This document shows, piece after piece, positions 1 to 12,300 of a stretch of 64,000 nucleotides of DNA. The DNA comes from Auanema rhodensis (taxonomy: Eukaryota; Animalia; Nematoda): contig OZ059900.1 in assembly GCA_964057225.1 (NCBI GenBank), positions 22,196,001-22,260,000 of the forward strand, in the 5' to 3' direction. The position numbers were made by a program, and so were the translations under genes. Positions within the stretch are counted from its first letter, which is position 1. Each line of letters begins with the position of its first letter. The notes under the pieces were generated by a model. It had not been told where the DNA came from and did no database searches. It was given only the letters and a program-made list of their open reading frames with translations.

Positions 1-342
1 GGGCGTGCCCTCAGAATATGCTAATTTCCTTAATTTTCTAACCCCTGTTTTTTTGTCGTGAAAGTGGAACTAGACGTTGTACAAACAATTTTGAGCTAGG
101 TTTCATTGACATTGCATGAGTTTGAACACATGGAATCGTAAGTCAAAACCTTGTTTACAGCGAAATTTCCAAAAACTGGTTTTCCAGCATAATAAAATAT
201 TTCTCATGGGAAATACTGTGTTTTTGTATTTTTCTAGTGTTCAGCATGTAAAATACTTCATTTTAGTATGTAACACGCTGAAATTCGTTGCATTTGACGA
301 CTCATATGAACAAAAATCGATTTAATCAATATTAGCCATAAG
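1..342 (+). repeat. Representative 342-bp monomer (phase set by window start)
   Basis: The sequence from 1 recurs at 343. It has 115 G+C in 342 bp, many A/T tracts and several short palindromes. Confidence 0.97.
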
Positions 343-3300
343 GGGCGTGCCCTCAGAATATGCTAATTTCCTTAATTTTCTAACCCCTGTTTTTTTGTCG
401 TGAAAGTGGAACTAGACGTTGTACGAACAATTTTGAGCTAGGTTTCATTGACATTGCATGAGTTTGAACACATGAAATCGTAAGTCAAAACCTTGTTTAC
501 AGCGAAAATTCCAAAAACTGGTTTTCCAGCATAATAAAATATTTCTCATGGGAAATACTGTGTTTTTGTATTTTTCTAGTGTTCAGCATGTAAAATGCTT
601 CATTTTAGTATGTAACACGCTGAAATTCGTTGCATTTGACGACTCATATGAACAAAAATCGATTTAATCAATATTAGCCATAAGGGGCGTGCCCTCAGAA
701 TATACTAATTTCCTTAATTTTCTAACCCCTGTTTTTTTGTCGTGAAAGTGGAACTAGACGTTGTACGAACAATTTTGAGCTAGGTTTCATTGACATTGCA
801 TGAGTTTGAACACATGAAATCGTAAGTCAAAACCTTGTTTACAGCGAAAATTCCAAAAACTGGTTTTCCAGCATAATAAAATATTTCTCATGGGAAATAC
901 TGTGTTTTTGTATTTTTCTAGTGTTCAGCATGTGAAATACTTCATTTTAGTATGTAACACGCTGAAATTCGTTGCATTTGACGACTCATATGAACAAAAA
1001 TCGATTTAATCAATATTAGCCATAAGGGGCGTGCCCTCAGAATATGCTAATTTCCTAAATTTTCTAACCCCTGTTTTTTTGTCGTGAAAGTGGAACTAGA
1101 CGTTGTACGAACAATTTTGAGCTAGGTTTCATTGACATTGCATGAGTTTGAACACATGAAATCGTAAGTCAAAACCTTGTTTACAGCGAAATTTCCAAAA
1201 ACTGGTTTTCCAGCATAATAAAATATTTCTCATGGGAAATACTGTGTTTTTGTATTTTTCTAGTGTTCAGCATGTAAAATGCTTCATTTTAGTATGTAAC
1301 ACGCTGAAATTCGTTGCATTTGACTACTCATATGAACAAAAATCGATTTAATCAATATTAGCCATAAGGGGCGTGCCCTCAGAATATGCTAATTTCCTTA
1401 ATTTTCTAACCCCTGTTTTTTTGTCGTGAAAGTGGAACTAGACGTTGTACAAACAATTTTGAGCTAGGTTTCATTGACATTGCATGAGGTTGAACACATG
1501 AAATCGTAAGTCAAAACCTTGTTTACAGCGAAATTTCCAAAAACTGGTTTTCCAGCATAATAAAATATTTCTCATGAGAAATACTGTGTTTTTGTATTTT
1601 TCTAGTGTTCAGCATGTAAAATGCTTAATTTTAGTATGTAACACGATGAAATTCGTTGCATTTGACGACTCATATGAACAAAAATCGATTTAATCAATAT
1701 TAGCCATAAGGGGCGTGCCCTCAGAATATGCTAATTTCATTAATTTTCTAACCCCTGTTTTTTTGTCGTGAAAGTGGAACTAGACGTTGTAGGAACAATT
1801 TTGAGCTAGGTTTCATTGACATTGCATGAGTTTGAACACATGAAATCGTAAGTCAAAACCTTGTTTACAGCGAAATTTCCAAAAACTGGTTTTCCAGCAT
1901 AATAAAATATTTCTCATGGGAAATACTGTGTTTTTGTATTTTTCTAGTGTTCAGCATGTAAAATGCTTCATTTTAGTATGTAACACGCTGAAATTCGTTG
2001 CATTTGACGACTCATATGAACAAAAATCGATTTAATCAATATTAGCCATAAGGGGCGTGCCCTCAGAATATGCTAATTTCCTTAATTTTCTAACCCCTGT
2101 TTTTTTGTCGTGAAAGTGGAACTAGACGTTGTACGAACAATTTTGAGCTATGTTTCATTGACATTGCATGAGTTTGAACACATGAAATCGTAAGTCAAAA
2201 CCTTGTTTACAGCGAAAATTCCAAAAACTGGTTTTCCAGCATAATAAAATATTTCTCATGGGAAATACTGTGTTTTTGTATTTTTCTAGTGTTCAGCATG
2301 TAAAATACTTCATTTTAGTATGTAACACGCTGAAATTCGTTGCATTTGACGACTCATATGAACAAAAATCGATTTAATCAATATTAGCCATAAGGGGCGT
2401 GCCCTCAGAATATGCTAATTTCCTAAATTTTCTAACCCCTGTTTTTTTGTCGTGAAAGTGGAACTAGACGTTGTACGAACAATTTTGAGCTAGGTTTCAT
2501 TGACATTGCATGAGTTTGAACACATGAAATCGTAAGTCAAAACCTTGTTTACAGCGAAAATTCCAAAAACTGGTTTTCCAGCATAATAAAATATTTCTCA
2601 TGGGAAATACTGTGTTTTTGTATTTTTCTAGTGTTCAGCATGTAAAATGCTTCATTTTAGTATATAACACGCTGAAATTCGTTGCATTTGACTACTCATA
2701 TGAACAAAAATCGATTTAATCAATATTAGCCATAAGGGGCGTGCCCTCAGAATATGCTAATTTCCTTAATTTTCTAACCCCTGTTTTTTTGTCGTGAAAG
2801 TGGAACTAGACGTTGTACAAACAATTTTGAGCTAGGTTTCATTGACATTGCATGAGTTTGAACACATGAAATCGTAAGTCAAAACCTTGTTTACAGCGAA
2901 ATTTCCAAAAACTGGTTTTCCAGCATAATAAAATATTTCTCATGAGAAATACTGTGTTTTTGTATTTTTCTAGTGTTCAGCATGTAAAATGCTTCATTTT
3001 AGTATGTAACACGATGAAATTCGTTGCATTTGACGACTCATATGAACAAAAATCGATTTAATCAATATTAGCCATAAGGGGCGTGCCCTCAGAATATGCT
3101 AATTTCATTAATTTTCTAACCCCTGTTTTTTTGTCGTGAAAGTGGAACTAGACGTTGTAGGAACAATTTTGAGCTAGGTTTCATTGACATTGCATGAGTT
3201 TGAACACATGAAATCGTAAGTCAAAACCTTGTTTACAGCGAAATTTCCAAAAACTGGTTTTCCAGCATAATAAAATATTTCTCATGGGAAATACTGTGTT

Positions 3301-6300
3301 TTTGTATTTTTCTAGTGTTCAGCATGTAAAATGCTTCATTTGAGTATGTAACACGCTGAAATTCGTTGCATTTGACGACTCATATGAACAAAAATCGATT
3401 TAATCAATATTAGCCATAAGGGGCGTGCCCTCAGAATATGCTAATTTCCTTAATTTTCTAACCCCTGTTTTTTGTCGTGAAAGTGGAACTAGACGTTGTA
3501 GGAACAATTTTGAGCTAGGTTTCATTGACATTGCATGAGTTTGAACACATGAAATCGTAAGTCAAAACCTTGTTTACAGCGAAATTTCCAAAAACTGGTT
3601 TTCCAGCATAATAAAATATTTCTCATGGGAAATACTGTGTTTTTGTATTTTTCTAGTGTTCAGCATGTGAAATGCTTCATTTTAGTATGTAACACGCTGA
3701 AATTCGTTGCATTTGACGACTCATATGAACAAAAATCGATTTAATCAATATTAGCCATAAGGGGCGTGCCCTCAGAATATGCTAATTTCCTTAATTTTCT
3801 AACCCCTGTTTTTTTGTCGTGAAAGTGGAACTAGACGTTGTAGGAACAATTTTGAGCTAGGTTTCATTGACATTGCATGAGTTTGAACACATGAAATCGT
3901 AAGTCAAAACCTTGTTTACAGCGAAATTTCCAAAAACTGGTTTTCCAGCATAATAAAATATTTCTCATGGGAAATACTGTGTTTTTGTATTTTTCTAGTG
4001 TTCAGCATGTAAAATGCTTCATTTCAGTATGTAACACGCTGAAATTCGTTGCATTTGACGACTCATATGAACAATAATCGATTTAATCAATATTAGCCAT
4101 AAGGGGCGTGCCCTCAGAATATGCTAATTTCCTTAATTTTCTAACCCCGGTTTTTTTGTCGTGAAAGTGGAATTAGACGTTGTAGGAACAATTTTGAGCT
4201 AGGTTTCATTGACATTGCATGAGTTTGAACACATGAAATCGTAAGTCAAAACCTTGTTTACAGCGAAATTTCCAAAAACTGGTTTTCCAGCATAATAAAA
4301 TATTTCTCATGGGAAATACTGTGTTTTTGTATTTTTCTAGTGTTCAGCATGTGAAATGCTTCATTTTAGTATGTAACACGCTGAAATTCGTTGCATTTGA
4401 CGACTCATATGAACAAAAATCGATTTAATCAATATTAGCCATAAGGGGCGTGCCCTCAGAATATGCTAATTTCCTTAATTTTCTAACCCCTGTTTTTTTG
4501 TCGTGAAAGTGGAACTAGACGTTGTAGGAACAATTTTGAGCTAGGTTTCATTGACATTGCATGAGTTTGAACACATGAAATCGTAAGTCAAAACCTTGTT
4601 TACAGCGAAATTTCCAAAAACTGGTTTTCCAGCATAATAAAATATTTCTCATGGGAAATACTGTGTTTTTGTATTTTTCTAGTGTTCAGCATGTAAAATG
4701 CTTCATTTCAGTATGTAACACGCTGAAATTCGTTGCATTTGACGACTCATATGAACAATAATCGATTTAATCAATATTAGCCATAAGGGGCGTGCCCTCA
4801 GAATATGCTAATTTCCTTAATTTTCTAACCCCGGTTTTTTTGTCGTGAAAGTGGAATTAGACGTTGTAGGAACAATTTTGAGCTAGGTTTCATTGACATT
4901 GCATGAGTTTGAACACATGAAATCGTAAGTCAAAACCTTGTTTACAGCGAAATTTCCAAAAACTGGTTTTCCAGCATAATAAAATATTTCTCATGGGAAA
5001 TACTGTGTTTTTGTATTTTTCTAGTGTTCAGCATGTAAAATGCTTCATTTTAGTATGTAACACGCTGAAATTCGTTGCATTTGACTACTCATATGAACAA
5101 AAATCGATTTAATCAATATTAGCCATAAGGGGCGTGCCCTCAGAATATGCTAATTTCCTTAATTTTCTAACCCCTGTTTTTTTGTCGTGAAAGTGGAACT
5201 AGACGTTGTACGAACAATTTTGAGCTAAGTTTCATTGACATTGCATGAGTTTGAACACATGAAATCGTAAGTCAAAACCTTGTTTACAGCGAAATTTCCA
5301 AAAACTGGTTTTCCAGCATAATAAAATATTTCTCATGGGAAATACTGTGTTTTTGTATTTTTCTAGTGTTCAGCATGTAAAATGCTTCATTTTAGTATGT
5401 AACACGCTGAAATTCGTTGCATTTGACGACTCATATGAACAAAAATCGATTTAATCAATATTAGCCATAAGGGGCGTGCCCTCAGAATATGCTAATTTCC
5501 TTAATTTTCTAACCCCTGTTTTTTTGTCGTGAAAGTGGAACTAGACGTTGTACGAACAATTTTGAGCTAGGTTTCATTAACATTGCATGAGTTTGAACAC
5601 ATGAAATCGTAAGTCAAAACCTTGTTTACAGCGAAAATTCCAAAAACTGGTTTTCCAGCATAATAAAATATTTCTCATGGGAAATACTGTGTTTTTGTAT
5701 TTTTCTAGTGTTCAGCATGTAAAATGCTCCATTTTAGTTTGTAACACGCTGAAATTCGTTGCATTTGACGACTCATATGAACAAAAATCGATTTAATCAA
5801 TATTAGCCATAAGGGGCGTGCCCTCAGAATATGCTAATTTCCTTAATTTTCTAACCCCTGTTTTTTTGTCGTGAAAGTGGAACTAGACGTTGTACGAACA
5901 ATTTTGAGCTAGGTTTCATTGACATTGCATGAGTTTGAACACATGAAATCGTAAGTCAAAACCTTGTTTACAGCGAAAATTCCAAAAACTGGTTTTCCAG
6001 CATAATAAAATATTTCTCATGGGAAATACTGTGTTTTTGTATTTTTCTAGTGTTCAGCATGTAAAATACTTCATTTTAGTATGTAACACGCTGAAATTCG
6101 TTGCATTTGACGACTCATATGAACAAAAATCGATTTAATCAATATTAGCCATAAGGGGCGTGCCCTCAGAATATGCTAATTTCCTAAATTTTCTAACCCC
6201 TGTTTTTTTGTCGTGAAAGTGGAACTAGACGTTGTACGAACAATTTTGAGCTAGGTTTCATTGACATTGCATGAGTTTGAACACATGAAATCGTAAGTCA

Positions 6301-9300
6301 AAACCTTGTTTACAGCGAAATTTCCAAAAACTGGTTTTCCAGCATAATAAAATATTTCTCATGGGAAATACTGTGTTTTTGTATTTTTCTAGTGTTCAGC
6401 ATGTAAAATACTTCATTTTAGTATGTAACACGCTGAAATTCGTTGCATTTGACGACTCATATGAACAAAAATCGATTTAATCAATATTAGCCATAAGGGG
6501 CGTGCCCTCAGAATATGCTAATTTCCTTAATTTTCTAACCCCTGTTTTTTTGTCGTGAAAGTGGAACTAGACGTTGTACGAACAATTTTGAGCTAGGTTT
6601 CATTGACATTGCATGAGTTTGAACACATGAAATCGTAAGTCAAAACCTTGTTTACAGCGAAAATTCCAAAAACTGGTTTTCCAGCATAATAAAATATTTC
6701 TCATGGGAAATACTGTGTTTTTGTATTTTTCTAGTGTTCAGCATGTAAAATGGTTCATTTTAGTATGTAACACGCTGAAATTCGTTGCATTTGACGACTC
6801 ATATGAACAAAAATCGATTTAATCAATATTAGCCATAAGGGGCGTGCCCTCAGAATATGCTAATTTCCTTAATTTTCTAACCCCTGTTTTTTTGTCGTGA
6901 AAGTGGAGCTAGACGTTGTACAAACAATTTTGAGCTAGGTTTCATTGACATTGTATGAGTTTGAACACATGGAATCGTAAGTCAAAACCTTGTTTACAGC
7001 GAAATTTCCAAAAACTGGTTTTCCAGCATAATAAAATATTTCTCATGGGAAATACTGTGTTTTTGTATTTTTCTAGTGTTCAGCATGTAAAATGCTTCAT
7101 TTTAGTATGTAACACGCTGAAATTCGTTGCATTTGACGACTCATATGAACAAAAATCGATTTAATCAATATTAGCCATAAGGGGCGTGCCCTCAGAATAT
7201 GCTAATTTCCTTAATTTTCTAACCCCTGTTTTTTTGTCGTGAAAGTGGAACTAGACGTTGTACGAACAATTTTGAGCTAGGTTTCATTGACATTGCATGA
7301 GTTTGAACACATGAAATCGTAAGTCAAAACCTTGTTTACAGCGAAAATTCCAAAAACTGGTTTTCCAGCATAATAAAATATTTCTCATGGGAAATACTGT
7401 GTTTTTGTATTTTTCTAGTGTTCAGCATGTAAAATACTTCATTTTAGTATGTAACACGCTGAAATTCGTTGCATTTGACGACTCATATGAACAAAAATCG
7501 ATTTAATCAATATTAGCCATAAGGGGCGTGCCCTCAGAATATGCTAATTTCCTAAATTTTCTAACCCCTGTTTTTTTGTCGTGAAAGTGGAACTAGACGT
7601 TGTACGAACAATTTTGAGCTAGGTTTCATTGACATTGCATGAGTTTGAACACATGAAATCGTAAGTCAAAACCTTGTTTACAGCGAAATTTCCAAAAACT
7701 GGTTTTCCAGCATAATAAAATATTTCTCATGGGAAATACTGTGTTTTTGTATTTTTCTAGTGTTCAGCATGTAAAATGCTTCATTTTAGTATGTAACACG
7801 CTGAAATTCGTTGCATTTGACTACTCATATGAACAAAAATCGATTTAATCAATATTAGCCATAAGGGGCGTGCCCTCAGAATATGCTAATTTCCTTAATT
7901 TTCTAACCCCTGTTTTTTTGTCGTGAAAGTGGAACTAGACGTTGTACAAACAATTTTGAGCTAGGTTTCATTGACATTGCATGAGTTTGAACACATGAAA
8001 TCGTAAGTCAAAACCTTGTTTACAGCGAAATTTCCAAAAACTGGTTTTCCAGCATAATAAAATATTTCTCATGAGAAATACTGTGTTTTTGTATTTTTCT
8101 AGTGTTCAGCATGTAAAATGCTTAATTTTAGTATGTAACACGATGAAATTCGTTGCATTTGACGACTCATATGAACAAAAATCGATTTAATCAATATTAG
8201 CCATAAGGGGCGTGCCCTCAGAATATGCTAATTTCATTAATTTTCTAACCCCTGTTTTTTTGTCGTGAAAGTGGAACTAGACGTTGTACAAACAATTTTG
8301 AGCTAGGTTTCATTGACATTGCATGAGTTTGAACACATGGAATCGTAAGTCAAAACCTTGTTTACAGCGAAATTTCCAAAAACTGGTTTTCCAGCATAAT
8401 AAAATATTTCTCATGGGAAATACTGTGTTTTTGTATTTTTCTAGTGTTCAGCATGTAAAATACTTCATTTTAGTATGTAACACGCTGAAATTCGTTGCAT
8501 TTGACGACTCATATGAACAAAAATCGATTTAATCAATATTAGCCATAAGGGGCGTGCCCTCAGAATATGCTAATTTCCTTAATTTTCTAACCCCTGTTTT
8601 TTTGTCGTGAAAGTGGAACTAGACGTTGTACGAACAATTTTGAGCTAGGTTTCATTGACATTGCATGAGTTTGAACACATGAAATCGTAAGTCAAAACCT
8701 TGTTTACAGCGAAAATTCCAAAAACTGGTTTTCCAGCATAATAAAATATTTCTCATGGGAAATACTGTGTTTTTGTATTTTTCTAGTGTTCAGCATGTAA
8801 AATGCTTCATTTTAGTATGTAACACGCTGAAATTCGTTGCATTTGACGACTCATATGAACAAAAATCGATTTAATCAATATTAGCCATAAGGGGCGTGCC
8901 CTCAGAATATGCTAATTTCCTTAATTTTCTAACCCCTGTTTTTTTGTCGTGAAAGTGGAACTAGACGTTGTACAAACAATTTTGAGCTAGGTTTCATTGA
9001 CATTGCATGAGTTTGAACACATGGAATCGTAAGTCAAAACCTTGTTTACAGCGAAATTTCCAAAAACTGGTTTTCCAGCATAATAAAATATTTCTCATGG
9101 GAAATACTGTGTTTTTGTATTTTTCTAGTGTTCAGCATGTAAAATGCTTCATTTTAGTATGTAACACGCTGAAATTCGTTGCATTTGACGACTCATATGA
9201 ACAAAAATCGATTTAATCAATATTAGCCATAAGGGGCGTGCCCTCAGAATATGCTAATTTCCTTAATTTTCTAACCCCTGTTTTTTTGTCGTGAAAGTGG

Positions 9301-12300
9301 AACTAGACGTTGTACGAACAATTTTGAGCTAGGTTTCATTGACATTGCATGAGTTTGAACACATGAAATCGTAAGTCAAAACCTTGTTTACAGCGAAAAT
9401 TCCAAAAACTGGTTTTCCAGCATAATAAAATATTTCTCATGGGAAATACTGTGTTTTTGTATTTTTCTAGTGTTCAGCATGTAAAATACTTCATTTTAGT
9501 ATGTAACACGCTGAAATTCGTTGCATTTGACGACTCATATGAACAAAAATCGATTTAATCAATATTAGCCATAAGGGGCGTGCCCTCAGAATATGCTAAT
9601 TTCCTAAATTTTCTAACCCCTGTTTTTTTGTCGTGAAAGTGGAACTAGACGTTGTACGAACAATTTTGAGCTAGGTTTCATTGACATTGCATGAGTTTGA
9701 ACACATGAAATCGTAAGTCAAAACCTTGTTTACAGCGAAATTTCCAAAAACTGGTTTTCCAGCATAATAAAATATTTCTCATGGGAAATACTGTGTTTTT
9801 GTATTTTTCTAGTGTTCAGCATGTAAAATGCTTCATTTTAGTATGTAACACGCTGAAATTCGTTGCATTTGACGACTCATATGAACAAAAATCGATTTAA
9901 TCAATATTAGCCATAAGGGGCGTGCCCTCAGAATATGCTAATTTCCTTAATTTTCTAACCCCTGTTTTTTTGTCGTGAAAGTGGAACTAGACGTTGTACG
10001 AACAATTTTGAGCTAGGTTTCATTGACATTGCATGAGTTTGAACACATGAAATCGTAAGTCAAAACCTTGTTTACAGCGAAAATTCCAAAAACTGGTTTT
10101 CCAGCATAATAAAATATTTCTCATGGGAAATACTGTGTTTTTGTATTTTTCTAGTGTTCAGCATGTAAAATGCTTCATTTTAGTATGTAACACGCTGAAA
10201 TTCGTTGCATTTGACTACTCATATGAACAAAAATCGATTTAATCAATATTAGCCATAAGGGGCGTGCCCTCAGAATATGCTAATTTCCTTAATTTTCTAA
10301 CCCCTGTTTTTTTGTCGTGAAAGTGGAACTAGACGTTGTACAAACAATTTTGAGCTAGGTTTCATTGACATTGCATGAGTTTGAACACATGAAATCGTAA
10401 GTCAAAACCTTGTTTACAGCGAAATTTCCAAAAACTGGTTTTCCAGCATAATAAAATATTTCTCATGAGAAATACTGTGTTTTTGTATTTTTCTAGTGTT
10501 CAGCATGTAAAATGCTTAATTTTAGTATGTAACACGATGAAATTCGTTGCATTTGACGACTCATATGAACAAAAATCGATTTAATCAATATTAGCCATAA
10601 GGGGCGTGCCCTCAGAATATGCTAATTTCATTAATTTTCTAACCCCTGTTTTTTTGTCGTGAAAGTGGAACTAGACGTTGTAGGAACAATTTTGAGCTAG
10701 GTTTCATTGACATTGCATGAGTTTGAACACATGAAATCGTAAGTCAAAACCTTGTTTACAGCGAAATTTCCAAAAACTGGTTTTCCAGCATAATAAAATA
10801 TTTCTCATGGGAAATACTGTGTTTTTGTATTTTTCTAGTGTTCAGCATGTAAAATGCTTCATTTTAGTATGTAACACGCTGAAATTCGTTGCATTTGACG
10901 ACTCATATGAACAAAAATCGATTTAATCAATATTAGCCATAAGGGGCGTGCCCTCAGAATATGCTAATTTCCTTAATTTTCTAACCCCTGTTTTTTTGTC
11001 GTGAAAGTGGAACTAGACGTTGTACGAACAATTTTGAGCTAGGTTTCATTGACATTGCATGAGTTTGAACACATGAAATCGTAAGTCAAAACCTTGTTTA
11101 CAGCGAAAATTCCAAAAACTGGTTTTCCAGCATAATAAAATATTTCTCATGGGAAATACTGTGTTTTTGTATTTTTCTAGTGTTCAGCATGTAAAATACT
11201 TCATTTTAGTATGTAACACGCTGAAATTCGTTGCATTTGACGACTCATATGAACAAAAATCGATTTAATCAATATTAGCCATAAGGGGCGTGCCCTCAGA
11301 ATATGCTAATTTCCTAAATTTTCTAACCCCTGTTTTTTTGTCGTGAAAGTGGAACTAGACGTTGTACGAACAATTTTGAGCTAGGTTTCATTGACATTGC
11401 ATGAGTTTGAACACATGAAATCGTAAGTCAAAACCTTGTTTACAGCGAAAATTCCAAAAACTGGTTTTCCAGCATAATAAAATATTTCTCATGGGAAACA
11501 CTGTGTTTTTGTATTTTTCTAGTGTTCAGCATGTAAAATGCTTCATTTTAGTATGTAACACGCTGAAATTCGTTGCATTTGACTACTCATATGAACAAAA
11601 ATCGATTTAATCAATATTAGCCATAAGGGGCGTGCCCTCAGAATATGCTAATTTCCTTAATTTTCTAACCCCTGTTTTTTTGTCGTGAAAGTGGAACTAG
11701 ACGTTGTACAAACAATTTTGAGCTAGGTTTCATTGACATTGCATGAGTTTGAACACATGAAATCGTAAGTCAAAACCTTGTTTACAGCGAAATTTCCAAA
11801 AACTGGTTTTCCAGCATAATAAAATATTTCTCATGAGAAATACTGTGTTTTTGTATTTTTCTAGTGTTCAGCATGTAAAATGCTTCATTTTAGTATGTAA
11901 CACGATGAAATTCGTTGCATTTGACGACTCATATGAACAAAAATCGATTTAATCAATATTAGCCATAAGGGGCGTTCCCTCAGAATATGCTAATTTCATT
12001 AATTTTCTAACCCCTGTTTTTTTGTCGTGAAAGTGGAACTAGACGTTGTAGGAACAATTTTGAGCTAGGTTTCATTGACATTGCATGAGTTTGAACACAT
12101 GAAATCGTAAGTCAAAACCTTGTTTACAGCGAAATTTCCAAAAACTGGTTTTCCAGCATAATAAAATATTTCTCATGGGAAATACTGTGTTTTTGTATTT
12201 TTCTAGTGTTCAGCATGTAAAATGCTTCATTTTAGTATGTAACACGCTGAAATTCGTTGCATTTGACGACTCATATGAACAAAAATCGATTTAATCAATA

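Noticed and set aside
38-46. Telomere-like CTAACCCCT (GGGGTTAG on the minus strand)
   Set aside because: It is a single short motif per monomer, not tandem, and is expected by chance.
1-342. Primate alpha-satellite dimer (2x171 bp) or CENP-B box
   Set aside because: Only the length fits. I recognise no alpha-satellite sequence and no TTCG....A..CGGG motif.
1-342. Assignment to a named satellite family or species (for example a beetle ~340-bp satellite)
   Set aside because: Length and composition are compatible with insect satellites, but I cannot confirm sequence identity without BLASTN against nt, Repbase or Dfam.
1-342. Tandem 5S rRNA, tRNA or snRNA gene unit, or promoter (TTGACA at m106-111, AATAAA at m191-196)
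   Set aside because: There is no recognisable structural RNA sequence, and such hexamers are expected by chance in AT-rich DNA.
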